A stretch of 33,182 nucleotides of DNA from Verrucomicrobiales bacterium (GTDB lineage: Bacteria > Verrucomicrobiota > Verrucomicrobiia > Limisphaerales > JAYPEY01). The notes beneath the pieces are model-generated. The model worked only from the letters and a program-made list of their open reading frames with translations. It ran no database searches and was not told the origin of the DNA. Shown in pieces: positions 33,116 to 33,182 of this stretch (its first letter is position 1; each line of letters starts with the position of its first letter). A program made the position numbers and the translations under genes. The stretch is from positions 1-33,182 of the forward strand of contig JAYPGD010000004.1 of the NCBI GenBank assembly GCA_038126655.1, given 5' to 3'.

Positions 33116-33182
33116 CTAGTTCCCCGTCAGCGGGTCGGCCGGGATGATCTCCAGCCCGCGCGGCTCCTTGAAGAACCCGTCC
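33116..33182 (-). CDS. 3' end of an unidentified minus-strand gene entering from the right edge (last 21 codons plus stop)
   Basis: The minus-strand frame reads ...DGFFKEPRGLEIIPADPLTGN-TAG (stop = complement of 33116-33118). It is followed 22 nt later by the terminator hairpin. Too short to identify. Confidence 0.3.
   Translation of the reverse strand, partial: DGFFKEPRGLEIIPADPLTGN

Overview
High-GC chromosomal segment (hand-counted 60-nt lines give about 60-72% G+C in core genes). Gene content is typical of the PVC superphylum (Verrucomicrobiota/Planctomycetota). All family calls come from motifs I recognise in the translations; no searches were run.

Layout:
- Left edge: a tyrosine integrase (minus strand, 3'-truncated by the window, about 53-57% G+C in sampled lines), divergent from a tRNA-Leu(UAA).
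- 18363 down to 1352: 14 co-directional minus-strand genes. In order: HPr, TrmL, CheY-like receiver, FHA-Ser/Thr kinase, Tat-signal Gfo/Idh/MocA-like protein, SixA-like histidine phosphatase, PaiB-like protein, PhzF-family protein, 1259-aa FG-GAP/ASPIC lipoprotein, PSCyt-DUF1549-DUF1553 protein, 156-aa ORFan, DUF1501 protein, LysR regulator, small secreted protein.
- Plus-strand mfd, converging on minus-strand glnD with 12 nt between stop codons.
- Plus-strand operon: DUF1592-family CxxCH protein, DUF1552 protein, 750-aa secreted HEAT-repeat protein.
- A methyltransferase with an odd N-terminus, deoC, a terminator, and the 3' end of a minus-strand gene at the right edge.

I found no CRISPR array, IS element or transposase, reverse transcriptase, toxin-antitoxin pair or recognisable defence gene.

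The best candidates for uncharacterised biology are the two PVC-type exported modules. Each has a CxxCH multidomain protein, a Tat-exported partner and a giant secreted repeat protein. One of them is split by a lower-GC ORFan. A dense phospho-signalling cluster and a methyltransferase that appears to carry a lipoprotein signal without a canonical start codon are also worth a look.

Many long ORFs in the supplied track are antisense shadows or upstream extensions of real genes. The track also accepts GTG and TTG starts.
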